This document shows positions 16,393 through 20,942 of a DNA stretch of 20,942 nucleotides, piece by piece. Source of the DNA: a virus. A program made the position numbers and the translations under genes. Every line of letters starts with the position of its first letter. Positions within the stretch are counted from its first letter, which is position 1. The notes below the pieces were generated by a model, which was given only the letters and a program-made list of their open reading frames with translations, was not told the origin of the DNA and did not search any database. The DNA is taken from the IMG/VR virus record IMGVR_UViG_3300025585_000037; one strand, given 5' to 3'.

Positions 16393-17415
16393 ATGAAAGT
16401 CGGTCTAATTGGTCTAGGACGAATGGGGGAAGGAATGTCCCGTCGTATGATGAAAGCAGGCATTGAAGTCTGGGGGTATCGTAGGAATTATGCAAAGGCA
16501 AATGAAGCATTTGAGAATGGTTATGTAAATGGAATTGCGACTACGATTGAAAACCTTGTTAAGATAGTTAAAGGTAACAATCACCCTGGAATCTTCCAAA
16601 TGGTGGTTCCAGCAGAAACTGTAGAAGAAACGATTGAAGAACTTCTACTTTACTGTGATGAGGGTGATATTATCATTGACCACGGAAACAGTAACTTCAA
16701 AGATAGTCGCAAACGAGCAGAACGTCTTGCAAAACTAGGTATTCAATATATTGACTGTGGTACTTCTGGTGGAGTTTATGGTCTTGAACGTGGTTATTGT
16801 CTTATGGTTGGAGGTGAAACCACTGCGGTTTCAACTTGCTCTAAAATCTTCTCTGCACTTGCTCCAGACATTCATTCTTGCCCACGAACCGACCCTGAAG
16901 ATGGTGTAACATCAGCAGAACACGGTTGGTTGCATTGCGGTGGTCCAGGTGCAGGACACTTTGTCAAGATGGTACATAATGGCATTGAGTACGGCATGAT
17001 GCAGGCATATGCAGAAGGATTTAACATTCTTAAGAGTGCTAATGCTGGTGCTCAATATGTCAGAGAAGGTGATGCAGAGGTTGCTCCAATGTCCGACCCA
17101 GAATCTTATTGTTATGATATTGATGTCTCTGAGGTTGCTGAGTTATGGCGCCGTGGAAGCGTTGTTAGCAGTTGGTTGCTGGACCTCACTGCTGATGTGC
17201 TACGCAACAATGGTGGACTGGAGCAGTTCTCTGGAGGGGTCTCAGACAGCGGTGAGGGTCGATGGACGGTCAATGCCGCAGTGGACCTGGGAGTACCTGC
17301 CCCGGTCATCACCACTGCTCTTTATGAACGATTTAACTCTCGAAATCTTGGAACCTTCGGAGCAAAAATTCTGAATGGTATGAGGTACATGTTTGGGGGG
17401 CATAGTGTAAGGTGA
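16393..17415 (+). CDS. gnd: 6-phosphogluconate dehydrogenase (short-chain type)
   Basis: GLGRMG, IDHGNS, DCGTSGG, GHFVKMVHNGIEYG and DSGEGRW. AGGAG RBS. Confidence 0.96.
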   Translation: MKVGLIGLGRMGEGMSRRMMKAGIEVWGYRRNYAKANEAFENGYVNGIATTIENLVKIVKGNNHPGIFQMVVPAETVEETIEELLLYCDEGDIIIDHGNSNFKDSRKRAERLAKLGIQYIDCGTSGGVYGLERGYCLMVGGETTAVSTCSKIFSALAPDIHSCPRTDPEDGVTSAEHGWLHCGGPGAGHFVKMVHNGIEYGMMQAYAEGFNILKSANAGAQYVREGDAEVAPMSDPESYCYDIDVSEVAELWRRGSVVSSWLLDLTADVLRNNGGLEQFSGGVSDSGEGRWTVNAAVDLGVPAPVITTALYERFNSRNLGTFGAKILNGMRYMFGGHSVR

Positions 17416-17537
17416 TAAGTTCAGAAACACCTTATAAACTGGCCGAGATTATTCGTGATACTTGGCCAGGTCTTTACAGGAAACCTAAAGTATCTTATAA
17501 TAAAGAAAAGGATAAGAAAGATGAAAAAATATCATGA
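17412..17537 (+). CDS. Small hypothetical protein (41 aa)
   Basis: GTGA coupling to gnd; MISSETPYKLAEIIRDTWPGLYRKPK... Confidence 0.5.
   Translation: MISSETPYKLAEIIRDTWPGLYRKPKVSYNKEKDKKDEKIS
17473..17501 (+). promoter_or_regulatory. Sigma70-type promoter
   Basis: TTTACA-17 nt-TATAAT, 20 nt before ATG 17521. Confidence 0.6.
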
Positions 17538-17841
17538 AGAATATTTTACAGTAAGAGAAAAAAGAACTCATAAAAAAATTTGTGATTGTGGTAATTTTGA
17601 AGATGCAATAATGATGTTGCATCTAGACGTACAAACTCGTGAAATTATAAAAAACAAGATACTGATGGACCAAGTGATTGATGTTGAAATTCCTAAGGCA
17701 TTGCCAACTAATGAGATTGTAGTGAATATGGATGATGGTGTTGGTGGTTCTTGGAGAGTAGATGATCCAATTGGTAATGTACCTGGACAATTACCACAAA
17801 TCAAACTTCCTGATAGACAAGCAGAACCTGTGATAGTATGA
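17521..17841 (+). CDS. Hypothetical phage protein
   Basis: ATG 17521 with AAGGA upstream; open for 106 codons; no recognised motif. Confidence 0.65.
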   Translation: MKKYHEEYFTVREKRTHKKICDCGNFEDAIMMLHLDVQTREIIKNKILMDQVIDVEIPKALPTNEIVVNMDDGVGGSWRVDDPIGNVPGQLPQIKLPDRQAEPVIV

Positions 17842-17960
17842 TAAAGAAAATCATTCATTTTTTTGAAAGAGACAAAGATATTAGTGTTTATGATGAGTTT
17901 GATTATATTTTTATAACTTTAAGAGAATTAATTGAAGTTATAAAAACTGGAAATAAATAA
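17838..17960 (+). CDS. Small hypothetical protein (40 aa)
   Basis: ATGA coupling; MIKKIIHFFERDKDISVYDEFDYIFITLRELIEVIKTGNK. Confidence 0.45.
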   Translation: MIKKIIHFFERDKDISVYDEFDYIFITLRELIEVIKTGNK

Positions 17961-17978
17961 AAGAAAAAGGAAGTTTTT

Positions 17979-18350
17979 ATGGTTCCTCTTCATTCACCTT
18001 CAGAGTACTTGTTTCATTTACATACAACAAGTTCTGGGGAGGCGAAACGAATGTGGAGACAAAACATAAAAGAAAGTTGGAATCATCAATGTGCCTATTG
18101 TGGTTCAGAAGAAAATCTCACAATTGATCATATTGTTCCACAGTCAAAAGGAGGAATGGACTTTACAAAGAATGTAATCTGTTGCTGTCATTCTTGTAAT
18201 CAATCAAAGGGACATGAGTACTGGAAACTGTGGTATGTTCAACAAGATTTTTATAGTGAAGAAAGGGTTGAAAAAATAGAAGAATGGATGAAACCAGATC
18301 CTCCTGTTAACTTATTCAAATATCGCCCAAGAAGGAATAATCTAACTTGA
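17979..18350 (+). CDS. Free-standing HNH endonuclease
   Basis: CAYCG...LTIDHIVPQSKGG.....NVICCCHSCNQSKG (zinc-binding HNH). Confidence 0.88.
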   Translation: MVPLHSPSEYLFHLHTTSSGEAKRMWRQNIKESWNHQCAYCGSEENLTIDHIVPQSKGGMDFTKNVICCCHSCNQSKGHEYWKLWYVQQDFYSEERVEKIEEWMKPDPPVNLFKYRPRRNNLT

Positions 18351-18357
18351 ATAAATA
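18350..18357 (+). promoter_or_regulatory. T4-type late promoter candidate for the structural genes
   Basis: AATAAATA about 50 nt upstream of ATG 18407. Confidence 0.45.
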
Positions 18358-18406
18358 TATCAAAGACAGTATATACTGTTTCTTTGGTAAATACCGAATG
18401 CGATAA

Positions 18407-20260
18407 ATGTCAACTCCGATCAGGATTAAACGCTCTGCTGTTCCTGGTAAAAGACCTACAGTAGACCAACTCTTAAGTGCTGAATTAGCCTATAATACTT
18501 ATGATGGTGAACTCACTGCAAAGAGAGAGCGTCCAGGAATTGGTACAGATATTATTCGTATCGGTGCAGGTGCAACGGTAACTAATGTAATCTATGTCAC
18601 AAAAGACGGAAACGACTCCAACACAGGACTCAAACTCGGAGACGCAAAAGCAACCATCGCAGCAGCAGTCGGAATCGCCTCAGCAGGTTCCGTTATTAGA
18701 GTTAGTGCTGGATCTTATGTAGAAAATAATCCTATTCAAATACCAAATCAAGTTAGCATTGTTGGTGATAGTTTAAGAGAAGTCTCTGTTACTCCACAAA
18801 ATCAAGGAGACCTCTTTTATGTTGGTGTCGGAAACTACATTGCTGAGATCGCATTCGTAGGATCTGCAAATACAGGTGCCATTTTTGCTTTCAATCCAAA
18901 TAAACCAGTTTATAACGACCAATCACCTTATATTCAGAATTGCACTAACTTCATTCCAAATAGCATCGGAATGAAAGTTGATGGTAGATATTCTGTTGGA
19001 CCAACCAAGTCAATGGTTCTTGACTCCTATACACAATACAATCAAGGTGGTATTGGAGTCTCAATTACAAATGAAGGATACGCACAGTTAGTTTCACTTT
19101 TTACAATCTGTCCAGATACTGCGGTCTTCTGTGGATCTGGTGGTGCTTGTGACTTAACAAACTCCAACGCTTCCTTTGGTAATTATGGTTTAGTTTCTGA
19201 TGGTATTGGACCAAAAAAGTATACTGGGATTGTAACAACTGCTGCAGAAGCAAATAGTGATACTTTTGTTTTAGATTTGAACGTGTCAACTTATAATGTA
19301 TCAAATGCAGTTTATGATAATGTCAGTGGTGTAACAACAATTACGACTTCAGCAAATCATAACTTCAGTGTTGGAATGGGAGTGACGATTGCAGGTCTTG
19401 GATTTACCTGTCCTTCTGGTCCTGGCATTGTAACATATCCAAGTGGAAATTTTGGTTATGTGTTTGAAGTTCAGTCAGTTCCAGCAGCAAATCAACTTGT
19501 AGTTAATGTTGGTCCATCAACTCTTCCTCATACTTATGTTTCTGGTGGTACTGTTAAAATTAATGTCGTAAGACCTTTTGATGGTCAGGTTGTTTATTTT
19601 GATAATTTATATTACACTGTTAATAAGATTATAGTTGGGTCTGGAGGTACTGGATATACAAATACACCAATTATTACAATTGATTCTCCATTAACTGATT
19701 GGGGAGTTCAGGCAACAGCAGTTGCAGAAGTTGTGAATGGTTCTGTGACTTCTGTTGAAATTGTTTCAAGTGGAAGGGGGTATACAACAACACCGAATAT
19801 TACTATTTCATCACCTGATGTTGGGATAAATACAGCAATAGTTACTTTACAATTACTTCCAACTTATTATTCAATCTTAAGTTCTACTCCAATTTCCTCT
19901 GGAATTTGTACAATTACTGTGACTGAGAATGTTCCTTATGCTGTTGGTGTTGGATCAACAGTGCCATTCTTTAAACAAAGTAGAGTATTGGCATCTGGAC
20001 ATTCTTTTGAATATATTGGTTCTGGTACAAATATTAATGCTGCTCTTCCTGCTCAAGGTGGTGTTCCAATTCAAGATAATGAAGTTGATATGAGAAATGG
20101 TGGTCTAGTTGTTTATACAAGTACCGATCAATCTGGTAATTTTAGAATTGGTGAAGGTGTGCAAATTGACCAGCAAACTGGGACAATTTCGGGTAGATTT
20201 TATTCTAAGAGTTTGTTTTCAACAATGACACCATTTATACTCGCATTAGGGGGAGAATAA
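18407..20260 (+). CDS. Virion structural/tail-fibre-like protein with probable beta-helix domain
   Basis: IRIKRSAVPGKRP...ELAYNTYDG fibre-type N-terminus; YVTKDGND.N.G....AKATI..A; G/T/V/S-rich with GSGGTGYT repeats. Confidence 0.7.
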   Translation: MSTPIRIKRSAVPGKRPTVDQLLSAELAYNTYDGELTAKRERPGIGTDIIRIGAGATVTNVIYVTKDGNDSNTGLKLGDAKATIAAAVGIASAGSVIRVSAGSYVENNPIQIPNQVSIVGDSLREVSVTPQNQGDLFYVGVGNYIAEIAFVGSANTGAIFAFNPNKPVYNDQSPYIQNCTNFIPNSIGMKVDGRYSVGPTKSMVLDSYTQYNQGGIGVSITNEGYAQLVSLFTICPDTAVFCGSGGACDLTNSNASFGNYGLVSDGIGPKKYTGIVTTAAEANSDTFVLDLNVSTYNVSNAVYDNVSGVTTITTSANHNFSVGMGVTIAGLGFTCPSGPGIVTYPSGNFGYVFEVQSVPAANQLVVNVGPSTLPHTYVSGGTVKINVVRPFDGQVVYFDNLYYTVNKIIVGSGGTGYTNTPIITIDSPLTDWGVQATAVAEVVNGSVTSVEIVSSGRGYTTTPNITISSPDVGINTAIVTLQLLPTYYSILSSTPISSGICTITVTENVPYAVGVGSTVPFFKQSRVLASGHSFEYIGSGTNINAALPAQGGVPIQDNEVDMRNGGLVVYTSTDQSGNFRIGEGVQIDQQTGTISGRFYSKSLFSTMTPFILALGGE

Positions 20261-20264
20261 AAAA

Positions 20265-20606
20265 ATGGCATTAGCACTTAACGTATTTAAAACAGTTACT
20301 AAAATTGCTCCAACAAGTCCAGTTGGAATCTACACCGCACCAGTTGGATATACCGGAGTTGTCCTTTTAGCACAGGCAGCAAATATTGGAAATAATACTC
20401 AAACAATTTCTTTTTCTCATAAAAGGTCAGTTGCAGGAATTGCAGTGACTACAGAAATTTTAAAAAATTATCCAATATCGGCAAGTGATACTGCAAATCT
20501 TCTTGCAGGTAAATTAGTTCTTGAGTCCGGTGATGTTCTTGTATTATCTGCAAGTAGTGAAACTGATATTAAATTTTTAGGAAGCATTCTAGAAACACTT
20601 AACTAA
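20265..20606 (+). CDS. Hypothetical (probably virion-associated) protein
   Basis: GGGGGAG RBS; IYTAP.GY..VVLLAQ..N...GKLVLESGD...SILET. Confidence 0.7.
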   Translation: MALALNVFKTVTKIAPTSPVGIYTAPVGYTGVVLLAQAANIGNNTQTISFSHKRSVAGIAVTTEILKNYPISASDTANLLAGKLVLESGDVLVLSASSETDIKFLGSILETLN

Positions 20607-20607
20607 A

Positions 20608-20942
20608 ATGGCAAAATACGTTAGCGGCAGACAAAAAAATCTTAAAGTTGGTATATCATCTTATAGTGAAAATTTAACTTCTCTAGAGGTTATTGGATCT
20701 GCTGTTTTTAGTGGTGAAAGTTCTGGGGAACTTGTTAGAATTAGTCAAATTGGTACTGGTCCTGCTTTAATTGTAGAAGATAGTGCAAATCCAGATACCA
20801 CACCTTTTGCAGTTACGACGGATGGTAGAGTTGCAATTGGTCTTGGTCCATCTGGTATTAGTACATTTTATAAGTTAGAAGTTGATGGTAATGGTAATGG
20901 TGGAGGTGTTCGTTTTGTAAGTGGTGGGCAGGGTGACTTAAT
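20608..20942 (+). CDS. Probable tail-fibre/structural protein, 3'-truncated
   Basis: MAKYVSGRQKNLKVGISSYSENLTSLEVIG...; open to the window end; glycine-rich. Confidence 0.65.
   Translation, partial: MAKYVSGRQKNLKVGISSYSENLTSLEVIGSAVFSGESSGELVRISQIGTGPALIVEDSANPDTTPFAVTTDGRVAIGLGPSGISTFYKLEVDGNGNGGGVRFVSGGQGDL

Noticed and set aside
17439-17469. Inverted repeat CTGGCCGAG...CTTGGCCAG as a terminator after gnd
   Set aside because: Long loop, no clean U-tract, and it lies within a plausible small coupled ORF.
170-19304. Minus-strand and nested alternate-frame ORFs in the track (e.g. 1281..1664, 8817..9134, 13049..13264, 17009..17374)
   Set aside because: They are shadows of well-supported + strand genes, with no recognisable motifs or RBS.
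1-20942. Cyanobacterial chromosome or plastid origin
   Set aside because: T4 late promoters, TalC-type transaldolase, short Gnd, fibre-like genes and dense single-strand packing indicate a phage.

Overview
This looks like a segment of a T4-like cyanophage (cyanomyovirus) genome, with all credible genes on the + strand. 1-8548 is a tightly packed cell-surface glycosylation island (HldE/RfaE-like nucleotidyltransferase and kinase, methyltransferase, HAD phosphatase, cupin, RGP/STELLO-like protein, two GT11, GT2/7 and GT25 glycosyltransferases). 8647-17415 is an auxiliary metabolic cluster: two hli, petF, psbA, talC, zwf, gnd and several small ORFs. 17979-end holds a free-standing HNH nuclease and virion structural genes. 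The standout is psbA (9923-14080), split into six exons by five group I introns. All ten splice junctions can be placed from the sequence (5' U.G pair in P1, terminal G, P10 pairing) and rejoin to a 361-aa D1. Three closely related introns carry three different homing endonuclease families (LAGLIDADG, GIY-YIG-like, HNH). Two ORF-less introns flank a 19-nt micro-exon encoding Mn-cluster ligands. The spliced D1 keeps all catalytic ligands but has unusual patchy substitutions. All calls are from reading the sequence by eye; no searches were run.
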